Source: Sulfolobus acidocaldarius DSM 639 (GTDB lineage: Archaea > Thermoproteota > Thermoprotei_A > Sulfolobales > Sulfolobaceae). From it: a DNA stretch of 32,000 nt. The notes under the pieces were generated by a model. It was not told the DNA's origin and ran no database searches. It saw only the letters and a program-made list of their open reading frames with translations. Both the position numbers and the translations under genes were made by a program. The DNA lies in contig NC_007181.1 in the NCBI RefSeq assembly GCF_000012285.1, positions 1,920,001-1,952,000 on the forward strand, written 5' to 3'. Of this stretch, positions 9,931 through 18,411 are shown in pieces; position 1 is the stretch's first letter; every line of letters begins with the position of its first letter.

Positions 9931-10980
9931 ATGGGTCTATTCACTGCACCAGCTCCAGGTACTAATTTTGGAATAAACTCACCACTGTTGCAGATTAACC
10001 AATATCCTGAATGGGATGTAACAGTCGCACTAGCACTCTATTTTACTGGACTTGCAGGAATGTTGATGGCTATAACTTCAATCCTAGAGTTCACTGGGAG
10101 ATATCCAAGTTTGGTGAAGAGAAACTCAATCTTCGTATTTATATTTGCTGTCCTATCCCTGGTAGCATTTGATATACATTTAGGAGTACCTATAAGAGGG
10201 TTCTATGCCCCTGCAAATGCATTCGCGGCTCTTTTGAATTCGTGGATGGCAAGAGGTATTGAATTCGTGGGAGGACTGCTAGTTTTCTCATTGATTTTTA
10301 TGGCTATTAAGGTACTTGATGTGAAAAATGTTGTTGCCACATGGGTGTTTGCAATTTTAGGGCTCGTGGCAGGCATTTTTTCCACGACTTATAGTGGTTT
10401 TGAACTATCTGCTGCGACTGGTGTACCTTTCTGGAATAATGGAGGGCTTCCTGCACTTTTCTTAGCGTCAGGTATAGTAGGTGGTAGTGCATGGAGTTAT
10501 ATAATAAGTCTAGTGACGAAGGGCGAGGAAGGAATAAGGGCTAGAAGGCTTACTGCAAAACTTTTAGCATACTCTGCAGTAGCTGAGCTAGCAACGTGGT
10601 TCCTCTTCATGGCAAACGTCAATTTCGTTTACGTATTCAACGAAGTAGCCTATAACTACATGATATCAGCAGTAACGTTTGTAATAGACCTAGCATTACT
10701 AGGATTGGCATTTGTAGTGCCTGGTGTAGGTAATCTAATGATGTGGAGAATGTTGAGGAAAACTAGCTCACAATCTCCAAGTCCTTCACCTATTGACTTT
10801 CCTAATTACTTGAAAATAATTATACTGGTCGTCGCAATATTAGCTTTAGTCTCTGGGTTCTTCACCAGGGAGGATATACTTTTCGCCGGTCAATACGCAT
10901 ATCAAGTAGCCCCACTAACGCCATTCCAATATACTAATGGTCAGCCCACACCTATAGGTGCATTTGGGTGGAGAAGTTAG
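9931..10980 (+). CDS. NrfD/PsrC-type polytopic membrane anchor subunit of the molybdoenzyme
   Basis: 349 aa with about 8-9 hydrophobic helices. The N-terminal signature EWDVTVALALYFTGLAGM matches the NrfD-family pattern Wxxx(I/V)AxYxFxxGxxxG. No heme-ligand pattern is obvious. A TATA-like TTTATTTATTATAATAA (about 9899-9915) suggests it may also have its own promoter. Confidence 0.75.
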   Translation: MGLFTAPAPGTNFGINSPLLQINQYPEWDVTVALALYFTGLAGMLMAITSILEFTGRYPSLVKRNSIFVFIFAVLSLVAFDIHLGVPIRGFYAPANAFAALLNSWMARGIEFVGGLLVFSLIFMAIKVLDVKNVVATWVFAILGLVAGIFSTTYSGFELSAATGVPFWNNGGLPALFLASGIVGGSAWSYIISLVTKGEEGIRARRLTAKLLAYSAVAELATWFLFMANVNFVYVFNEVAYNYMISAVTFVIDLALLGLAFVVPGVGNLMMWRMLRKTSSQSPSPSPIDFPNYLKIIILVVAILALVSGFFTREDILFAGQYAYQVAPLTPFQYTNGQPTPIGAFGWRS

Positions 10981-11024
10981 AGAAGGAGAGCGTATAAATA
11001 AAAATATTTCATGATAATTACTTT

Positions 11025-12332
11025 TTATTTTTTCTCCAATTTTTCCAAAGGCACCCTTACGGTATCTACTCCCTTTCTATACCAGATTAGACTAGCTATA
11101 CCACCCATAAGCCATAAACCGAAATTGAGGATTAGATAGTCTAGGAGAGAAAATGATGATGTAACAACAAGAGAAATCCCATAAGCGGCAATTGGAAATA
11201 TCCTTACGAGTCCTATCATGAAAGCCCTTATGTTATTGGGCATTAATACAGGCTCATATAAAGTCCTCACTGCCCAACTAAACTCACTAAATAACATATT
11301 TATAAAGAGAAGAATGTAGAAAATTCCCACATTAAAATTCATTGTGAGTAATACTATCGGTATCATACTTAATGCGCCTCCCATATAGGATATTAAGGAG
11401 AACATTCTAGTATTAATCCTTCTTACAAGAACAGTTGCTATGAAACCTGAAACAGATGCCCCTAAATTGGCTATGAATATTATAAAAGGAGTCTGTGAAC
11501 TTGAAAAATAATAGTCAGCAACAGTAAATGCCATTAAGCCATATGTAAGATATTGTGTAACCCCTATAATAACAAGAAATATGTATCTAGAGATTAAACT
11601 AGTATCATCCTTGACTTGAGTCTGTGTATTAATCTCTCCAATTTCCTTAGCGACCTTATTAGCCTCTCTCTCCGCTTTACTTATATCCCCTTTAGCCATA
11701 AGCCACCTAACAGACTCAGGTAAAAGGAACCTTATTACGATTCCAAATATGATTCCTAGTATCGCAACTAGGGACAAGGCGAGAAGTTCAATCGTAAATG
11801 AGTTTGATAAGCTATAAGTCAGGTAACCTATTAAAGCAGCCACTGTAGCGCCGATATTGTCAAAATTTGGTCCTAGTATTAAGATGCTGTCTCTATAGTT
11901 CAATGGCATCATCTCTGCACTATATGACAACATAATAGGAACCTCACCTTCAACCCCAAATTCCCCAAGTATAATGCCTATTACTATAAGTAAGATATAC
12001 GGAAACTGGGCTAAACTACTGGTGTTGAAACCTGATAGTACAGATGCAAGTATTATCAGAATCGTACCTACCGAGTAAAGGGTCATGGTTATAAAGAACG
12101 TAACCTTTCTCCCTAGTTTTCTATCTGAAAAGAAAGATAGGATTAGGTTTCCTGCTAATGCTGCAAGTGTAGGTGTGAGCAAAAATAAAACGCTATTAAT
12201 GCTGGGATAGATCAATGGGGCTATGGAGGATATAACACCCCACATGAAATAGCCTACCACAACTGACGCGAACATTAGGGAGTGAACTGTAGTCCACTTG
12301 GATGCATCTACTGATTTTACTATTTTTTCCAT
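11025..12332 (-). CDS. MFS transporter, sugar-porter/metabolite:H+ symporter-like
   Basis: 435 aa, about 12 TM helices. Motif A-like FFSDRKLGRKVTF and the sugar-porter signature-like LPESVRWLMAKGDISKAE (PESPRWL type) in the central loop. Confidence 0.8.
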   Translation of the reverse strand: MEKIVKSVDASKWTTVHSLMFASVVVGYFMWGVISSIAPLIYPSINSVLFLLTPTLAALAGNLILSFFSDRKLGRKVTFFITMTLYSVGTILIILASVLSGFNTSSLAQFPYILLIVIGIILGEFGVEGEVPIMLSYSAEMMPLNYRDSILILGPNFDNIGATVAALIGYLTYSLSNSFTIELLALSLVAILGIIFGIVIRFLLPESVRWLMAKGDISKAEREANKVAKEIGEINTQTQVKDDTSLISRYIFLVIIGVTQYLTYGLMAFTVADYYFSSSQTPFIIFIANLGASVSGFIATVLVRRINTRMFSLISYMGGALSMIPIVLLTMNFNVGIFYILLFINMLFSEFSWAVRTLYEPVLMPNNIRAFMIGLVRIFPIAAYGISLVVTSSFSLLDYLILNFGLWLMGGIASLIWYRKGVDTVRVPLEKLEKK

Positions 12333-12476
12333 AAATTAAGTTTCATATAAGCAAGTTATAAAGTTAGTTATATTCAAATCCTATAACTTTCAATATCTCA
12401 ATGATTTACAAAAATAGACGTTCCTAATTACCTTAAGTTGCCAAAAATACTTAAGAGTTAAATATTTAAACTTTAA

Positions 12477-14174
12477 ATGATTTGGCTTTTAATTATGCAG
12501 TATAAGTGGATAGCCCTAAGTAATACCACAATTGGAGTGTTAATGGCTTCTATAAACGGTAGTATAACCATAATTTCATTACCAGCAATCTTCAGGGGTA
12601 TCAATGTTAATCCCTTTGATTCCTTTCAGTTTCTCCTATGGATATTGATGGGATATAACGTAGTCACAGCCACATTCCTGGTCTCCTTTGGAAAGCTTTC
12701 GGACATTTACGGAAGAGTAAGATTGTACAACCTAGGTTTCCTAATATTTACCGTAGGTTCAATTCTCCTTTCAATCACACCAAATCAAGGAAGTTTAGGA
12801 GCTCTGGAGCTTATAATTTTCAGGGTTATTCAGGGTGTAGGTGGTGCTTTTCTATTCTCGAACAGTGCGGCAATAATAACTGATGCCTTTCCTTATAACG
12901 AAAGGGGTAAAGCTCTAGGTATCAACCAGATAGCGTTCTTAGGGGGGTCATTAATAGGCTTAATACTAGGAGGCATACTTTCTGTGATTAACTGGAGATT
13001 AGTGTTCCTAGTTAGTGTGCCAGTGGGAATACTGGGAACAATATGGAGTTACACTAAGTTGAAGGAGATATCAAAGCCTAGTAGAAATGAAAGTATTGAC
13101 TGGGTAGGTAACTTAACTTTAGCTGTAGGTTTAATATCTATACTGGTTGCTGTCACTTATGGTCTATTGCCATATGGTAGTTCTCAGCTAGGCTGGGGAA
13201 ATCCGTATGTAATTGCAGGACTAGTGGTTGGATTTGCTTTGATTGGTGCTTTCATATATGTGGAAAGAAAGGTACAATACCCCATGTTTAGGTTAGAACT
13301 ATTCAAAATTAGGATGTTTGCGGCTGGAAATTTCGCTAGCCTATTACGATCAATAGCTTATGGTGGTCTAACAATTATGTTAGTTATATTTCTCCAAGGG
13401 ATATGGTTGCCTATACACGGTTATAGTTATGAGGAGACACCCTTCTGGGCTGGGATATACATGATACCGCTTATGGTAGGGTTCGTATCAATGGGACCAA
13501 TAAGTGGTTGGTTATCAGACAGATACGGTGCGAAGCTGTTGGCTACACTTGGGATGGTTATTGTAGGTGTGGGGTTCCTAATGTTAACTACTCTTCCATA
13601 TAACTTCAGTTATCCTGAGTTTGCAGCAATCATATTCTTCATGGGCTTAGGTAACGGAATGTTTGCCTCTCCAAATACAGCCTCAATAATGAACAGTGTA
13701 CCGCCTAAATATAGGGGTGCAGCCTCAGGGATGAGGGCGACGATTCAAAATATAGGACAAACAGCAAGCATAACCATATTCTTCACCATAGTTATAATAG
13801 CGTTGAGTTCCAGCTTACCTTCAGCCCTAGCTAATGCTGTATCTCAAGCAGGGGCACCTCAATTATCTGGTTATGTGCAAAATATACCTGTGACTGGTGC
13901 ACTATTTTCAGCGTTTCTGGGATATGATCCTGTCAAAACCATATTGTCGTCATTACCTGCTCAAATCTACTCAAGTATACCTCCTCAGGCTATGGCTATA
14001 ATGGAACAACACACGTGGTTCCCAACGGCAATTGCTCCATCCTTCCTACTATCGTTGAGGGAAGCATTCTATATAAGTGCAATATTGTGCTTCTTAGCTG
14101 CAATAGCCTCGGCGTTGAGAGGGAAAACAACAATAGCTGAGATTGAAAGAGATGGTGGGAGAGTTGATAAGTGA
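12477..14174 (+). CDS. MFS drug:H+ antiporter, DHA2 (EmrB/QacA-like, 14-TMS type)
   Basis: 565 aa. N-terminal [30 protein letters not shown], motif [17 protein letters not shown] and motif C-like [24 protein letters not shown] 12495 is an alternative start. Confidence 0.85.
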   Translation: MIWLLIMQYKWIALSNTTIGVLMASINGSITIISLPAIFRGINVNPFDSFQFLLWILMGYNVVTATFLVSFGKLSDIYGRVRLYNLGFLIFTVGSILLSITPNQGSLGALELIIFRVIQGVGGAFLFSNSAAIITDAFPYNERGKALGINQIAFLGGSLIGLILGGILSVINWRLVFLVSVPVGILGTIWSYTKLKEISKPSRNESIDWVGNLTLAVGLISILVAVTYGLLPYGSSQLGWGNPYVIAGLVVGFALIGAFIYVERKVQYPMFRLELFKIRMFAAGNFASLLRSIAYGGLTIMLVIFLQGIWLPIHGYSYEETPFWAGIYMIPLMVGFVSMGPISGWLSDRYGAKLLATLGMVIVGVGFLMLTTLPYNFSYPEFAAIIFFMGLGNGMFASPNTASIMNSVPPKYRGAASGMRATIQNIGQTASITIFFTIVIIALSSSLPSALANAVSQAGAPQLSGYVQNIPVTGALFSAFLGYDPVKTILSSLPAQIYSSIPPQAMAIMEQHTWFPTAIAPSFLLSLREAFYISAILCFLAAIASALRGKTTIAEIERDGGRVDK

Positions 14175-14269
14175 AAAAATACCATGTGTAAATAAGTTAA
14201 AGATTATGAATGCTACAAGAAGTTATTCAAGTAAATTTGCCTTTTATCATACTCAAAATAATTTAAGGG

Positions 14270-14725
14270 GTGGTGGGTAGGAACATGGAGATTACAATGG
14301 ATGAAAGGCTTCAGGTAATTGTCACCATCGCTAAGGTAAATAGGGCTTTTCAAAGAGAACTCAACAAAAAGTTAGCTAAGCTAAATATATCTTACCTTGA
14401 TTACCTCGTTTTAAGAGGAATAAAGGATGGTCCGAAACCCATGGTTGAGCTGGCGAACAAGTACTTGGTTACCCAAGCTTCAATAACCTCTACAGTTGAT
14501 AAACTGGAGGACATGGGTTTAGTGAGAAGGGAGAGGAGTCAAGATGATAGAAGGCTAGTGTTGATATATATAACAGAGAAAGGAAAAGGAGTTATGGAGG
14601 AGGGGTTTAGAATATATAGAGAATTATCAGAGGAAATTATGAAAGAGTTGAAAGATGATCAAGTGAAGTCCCTATTGGAGGGTCTTAATATCCTCCTCTC
14701 TAGACTAGAAAACATAAAAAGTTAG
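14270..14725 (+). CDS. MarR-family transcriptional regulator
   Basis: LDYLVLRGIKDGPKPMVELANKYLVTQASITSTVDKLEDMGLVRRERSQDDRRLVLIYITEKGK is a canonical MarR wHTH with a DRR wing. The likely true start is ATG 14285, preceded by GGTGGTGGG (SD-like, 14267-14275). Confidence 0.85.
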   Translation: MVGRNMEITMDERLQVIVTIAKVNRAFQRELNKKLAKLNISYLDYLVLRGIKDGPKPMVELANKYLVTQASITSTVDKLEDMGLVRRERSQDDRRLVLIYITEKGKGVMEEGFRIYRELSEEIMKELKDDQVKSLLEGLNILLSRLENIKS

Positions 14726-14769
14726 TACTTTTTATGAAGGACTTTACTAAAAGAGCATTTAACTTAAGA

Positions 14770-15960
14770 TTATCTAGTTATAGGTTTATCGCCTTCTCTA
14801 TTCTTAACAACAATATTTGCGTAAATACTATGAAAATATACAATGGAGAGAATGCTTAGAGCAGAACAAAGGAAATACTCAGAATTTGGAGACAATACTT
14901 GGAACATTGTATTACCCAGTGGAAAACCTATTAGACTCCCCAATGCAGTTGAAGACTGGGCGAAACCGAATCCACCACTCCTACTCCCGGGCGGTAAAGT
15001 CTTACTAAGTAATGTTAAGATAGAGTTTTGGGCTATACCATTTCCCATCGCCAATAGGACTAGGCTAACATAAGCTAGGATTTGGTTTGAGGGAAATGAG
15101 AGTAAGATATAGGCTATAAATGTTATTGAAAGTCCAATAGTAGTCGCTATCCTTTCCCCTGCCTTCCCTATTATCCTGTATACTAATAGAAATTGGGCTA
15201 CAGCTTGGACTATTCCCACTAATCCTAATACTAATCCTATTTGAGAGGGACCCCAGTTGTAGAAATATCTTCCGTAAAAAGCAAGTGTCCCTTGAAGTAC
15301 AGCAAAGCTTAATGCTATAATAAGTGTTAATGTAAAGAACGAGCTGGACATTCTGAAAATTTCCTTGAGTGAAGCTTGCCTCATGGCAATTTTCTTATTG
15401 TCGTTACTGACCAACAGGTATACTAAAATCAGGTTAAGAAAAGCAAGACCTGCAACTATCAGAAATGTGTTCCTATATCCAAGAGGAGACAGTACACCGC
15501 CAATTACAGGACCAGCGACAAAACCAACTCCAAATGTGCCAGATATTATCCCAATATTACGGGAGTTATCCTTACCTAGTTCAGTGGCATAGGAGAGTAT
15601 AACTGGTAAATTACTTGTCAAGGCTCCTGTTATAAACCTTGCTAAAAGTAAGAGATAGAAGTATGGTGATAAGCCTATTATCAAGTAACCTACAACCTCA
15701 GAGCCTATTCCCAAAGTCAAAATGTTCTTCCTTCCTCTTATATCCGAGAGTCTACTGATATAGGGGGAGAAAACTAACTGGGCTATTGAGTACGTTACTG
15801 TTAATAAGCTATACTCGATTGGAGTAGCTCCCAGCTGTAGAGAGTAATATGGTAGGATTGGAATTATTATCCCGAATCCTACTGAATCTAAGAATGCCGT
15901 CAAGGCTAAGGTAATTAATGTAATTTTTCCATTCATAAAGTGACCTCTCCATGTGATCAT
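14770..15960 (-). CDS. MFS efflux transporter, DHA1 (12-TMS, tetracycline-resistance-like)
   Basis: 396 aa. LDSVGFGIIIPILPYY and motif A SRLSDIRGRKNILTLG. ATG at codon 9 (MNGKITL...) is an alternative start. Confidence 0.85.
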   Translation of the reverse strand: MITWRGHFMNGKITLITLALTAFLDSVGFGIIIPILPYYSLQLGATPIEYSLLTVTYSIAQLVFSPYISRLSDIRGRKNILTLGIGSEVVGYLIIGLSPYFYLLLLARFITGALTSNLPVILSYATELGKDNSRNIGIISGTFGVGFVAGPVIGGVLSPLGYRNTFLIVAGLAFLNLILVYLLVSNDNKKIAMRQASLKEIFRMSSSFFTLTLIIALSFAVLQGTLAFYGRYFYNWGPSQIGLVLGLVGIVQAVAQFLLVYRIIGKAGERIATTIGLSITFIAYILLSFPSNQILAYVSLVLLAMGNGIAQNSILTLLSKTLPPGSRSGGFGFAQSSTALGSLIGFPLGNTMFQVLSPNSEYFLCSALSILSIVYFHSIYANIVVKNREGDKPITR

Positions 15961-16042
15961 ATTAAGACTGTTTTAGCCAAAGCCTAATGGAGACCGTGGT
16001 TTTAATTTTATAGCTTTTAAGCTCTAAACCAAAAGTAATAGT

Positions 16043-16831
16043 GTGGATGAGACTGACAGGCTAATAATATTCAATCTGCTCAGGGATGGAAGAATATCCC
16101 AGAACAAACTAGCTAAGATTATAAACCTAGCTCCTCCCTCTCTGAACTCGAGGTTCAGAAGACTGATCGATGAAGGAGTAATAAGGGGCTTCAAGGTTTT
16201 CATAAACCCAAACCTAATAAACAAGTACTTCGCATATTACGCTTTTCCCAATCTAAGAGAGGCTTACTCAGATAAGATATTCGTGAAATTCAATTGCCTT
16301 GAGAACTTCAACGTTTATGGGTTTCAGGGCGAAAGTATTGAAGAGATAAAAGAGACTGTGGATGGAATTTCCTCAGAGTTAGGAAAACCCATAATGGAGT
16401 ATATCCCTCCTCAGACTCCCATAAAGCCTAAAAAGCAATATCTACTACTGATAAAGACACTAGTTGAGAATCCTAGGGCTGAAATAAGTGAAATAGCAAA
16501 CAAGCTCAACTTTAAGGTATCGAAGGTTAGGAGGTTGATTAGTGAACTTAAGGGATTTGCAGTAATACCAGAGGTTGACCTGATAAAAGCCGACTCAATG
16601 CTCCTGGCTGTCTTTACAAAGAAGCTTAATGACGTGATAACAGTCACCAACAGGTTCTCGGTCATAACAATACCCGGAGCGTTAGGAGGAATTGATGTGA
16701 GCTTTGTTGGTTCAATACGGAATGCGAAGGCAATGATCGATAATGTGAGGAGGATAGATCCAGACGCACAGGTGATGTTGGTTTATAATTACGAGATAAA
16801 GAACGACACAAGGAATTTGGAAATTGAATAA
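16043..16831 (+). CDS. Lrp/AsnC-like regulator with an internally duplicated HTH-plus-effector-domain architecture
   Basis: GTG start. HTH 1: DRLIIFNLLRDGRISQNKLAKIINLAPPSLNSRFRRLIDEGVIRGF. HTH 2: LLLIKTLVENPRAEISEIANKLNFKVSKVRRLISELKGFAVI. Each is followed by about 70 aa of RAM-like sequence. At 262 aa it is about twice a normal Lrp. Confidence 0.7.
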   Translation: MDETDRLIIFNLLRDGRISQNKLAKIINLAPPSLNSRFRRLIDEGVIRGFKVFINPNLINKYFAYYAFPNLREAYSDKIFVKFNCLENFNVYGFQGESIEEIKETVDGISSELGKPIMEYIPPQTPIKPKKQYLLLIKTLVENPRAEISEIANKLNFKVSKVRRLISELKGFAVIPEVDLIKADSMLLAVFTKKLNDVITVTNRFSVITIPGALGGIDVSFVGSIRNAKAMIDNVRRIDPDAQVMLVYNYEIKNDTRNLEIE

Positions 16832-16969
16832 TTTAGCTTACAGTAAGTTACCAAGACAAGTGTGGACTTATGTTGATTTTTTATGGATAATTAACGTATT
16901 TTTGATCAAGGAATTGTTGCACATAATGAGCCTAAAGCCTAATAAGCCATATGTTATTATACAAAATAT

Positions 16970-17188
16970 ATGAAGTATGCTAATTTTTGGATCAAATTCA
17001 AAAATTGGGCTATAAATGCTGAAGACAAGGACGTTCCGTTGAGACTGAGAGAGGTGGTCAGGGTTATAAAGGAAAATCCTGAAATTTCTGTAGTTAAGTT
17101 AGCTGCATACTTTGACAGTGATGCGTTATTTCTTGCGAGGTCTATCTATTTTAATTACAAGAAAATGGTTCAGAACGAGGTAGCTTAA
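16970..17188 (+). CDS. Small hypothetical protein (72 aa)
   Basis: An isolated ORF in an otherwise empty 480-bp gap. The A/T-rich upstream sequence is too close to the ATG to be a clear TATA. No domain recognised. Confidence 0.3.
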   Translation: MKYANFWIKFKNWAINAEDKDVPLRLREVVRVIKENPEISVVKLAAYFDSDALFLARSIYFNYKKMVQNEVA

Positions 17189-17313
17189 TTCTAGTTCTTT
17201 ACCACGAGACCTTTACTTAAGGGATATTTCTCCTCAACGAACGTCTTATAATTTACACTATTACGTATATTTACTACTATATACTTAAAGGTGACTTAGT
17301 GTGAAAGAGAGTG

Positions 17314-18009
17314 TCAGAATTTGTTAGAGTTGTCTACGAAAACTTGCATCAATACTTTCCTAATGGCATTCCTTATATGTCTGTCCAGGGCTACCTTCGT
17401 CACCCCATACATTTTGGCTAACTCCTCGAGCTTAGTCTTCTTAGGATAATCAAAGAAACCCATCTTATACGCTGTGTATAGTATCTGTCTCTCTGTAGGT
17501 GTAAGCGATGAGAGGATCATCATCTCACTCTTAACCTCATCCATTTCTACCCTATCAAAATCAAGGTTTTCAACCTCTACATTGATCTTTTTTAGCTCTT
17601 CACTAATTTGGGTCTCCAATTGATCTCTCTTGTTGAATGTGTAGACTTGCCAGTCTTCGATACCATCACTCACAGTAAGATTCGCCACAATAGCGTTACT
17701 GTTCATCATAGCCTTTGTAATTGAGTTCTCAAAGTTCTTAAAGTAGTAAAGTAAGGCTGTCTTACTTGACTTATTCCTATCAACCCTTATGATCTTTATG
17801 TTATTCCTATACTTTCTACTTAACACGTCAATGAAGTCTGTTAGCTGAGTTTTTGTGTTTGAATATAACTCAACTATTTCAAAAACAGAGTTCTTTGCCA
17901 CAAGAGGGAAGAGGTATTTTACATTTGCCGTAACATCATAACCTGATGTCTCCTGTGTCCAACAAGCATCATGTTTAACCCGCATCCTCACCTTGTAAAT
18001 TTGCATCAT
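17314..18009 (-). CDS. HTH_10 (bacterio-opsin-activator-type) transcriptional regulator
   Basis: C-terminal LTPTERQILYTAYKMGFFDYPKKTKLEELAKMYGVTKVALDRHIRNAIRKVL matches the HTH_10 pattern (LTxrQxexLxxAxxxGYFdxPR...LAxxLGxsxxtxxxHLRxAexK). ACTATATATAATAAC on the minus strand lies about 25-38 nt upstream of the ATG. Confidence 0.75.
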   Translation of the reverse strand: MMQIYKVRMRVKHDACWTQETSGYDVTANVKYLFPLVAKNSVFEIVELYSNTKTQLTDFIDVLSRKYRNNIKIIRVDRNKSSKTALLYYFKNFENSITKAMMNSNAIVANLTVSDGIEDWQVYTFNKRDQLETQISEELKKINVEVENLDFDRVEMDEVKSEMMILSSLTPTERQILYTAYKMGFFDYPKKTKLEELAKMYGVTKVALDRHIRNAIRKVLMQVFVDNSNKF

Positions 18010-18142
18010 AGTTGGTTTTATATAGGGCGAGTTATTATATATAGTTTATTATTTTCATTGATATTATTTATTTTTTATTTTCAAATAAATGATTATATCC
18101 TAAGCCTAGCTTTACATTATAACCTTTGTGTAACGTAGTACT

Positions 18143-18211
18143 CCTCGGTCTCACCTGAAAGAGGTTGCTGACGTCTTGTCATTGGCTTACTCCCCACCAT
18201 AAGGGACGAGG
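18143..18211. other. GC-rich structured island; candidate small ncRNA or degenerate element remnant
   Basis: About 53% GC over 18141-18226, inside a 402-bp intergenic region that is otherwise very AT-rich. Helices found by eye: closing stem 18143-18152 with 18203-18211 (CCTCG/CGAGG plus TC/GA, one bulge); hairpins ACCT-gaaag-AGGT (18153-18165) and TGAC-gtctt-GTCA (18169-18181). No ORF with a start codon spans it. Confidence 0.25.
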
Positions 18212-18411
18212 CTTTCTCGACTTCGTAAAGTAATTGATGCGGTTTACTCAGTATTACTTTATTGAGGACTTTAATATCACTAGACTATAGGCGTATTACA
18301 CTAGAATATGCTTCATAATTATTAATTTACCCCTGAATAATTTTCATATAGTATTTAAGTTTAAACTCTTTAAACGTAATGTTTATTAAATGACAACGAG
18401 AAAACCACTTT

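Noticed and set aside
14817-15592. Plus-strand ORFs 14817-15008, 14843-15073 and 15365-15592
   Set aside because: They are antisense within the DHA1 MFS gene. They are shadow ORFs.
15983-16945. Shared 10-mer aaagcctaat on both sides of the Lrp-like gene (possible target-site duplication or operator pair)
   Set aside because: Many 10-mer coincidences are expected by chance in a 32-kb AT-rich window. There are no flanking inverted repeats and no mobile-element gene.
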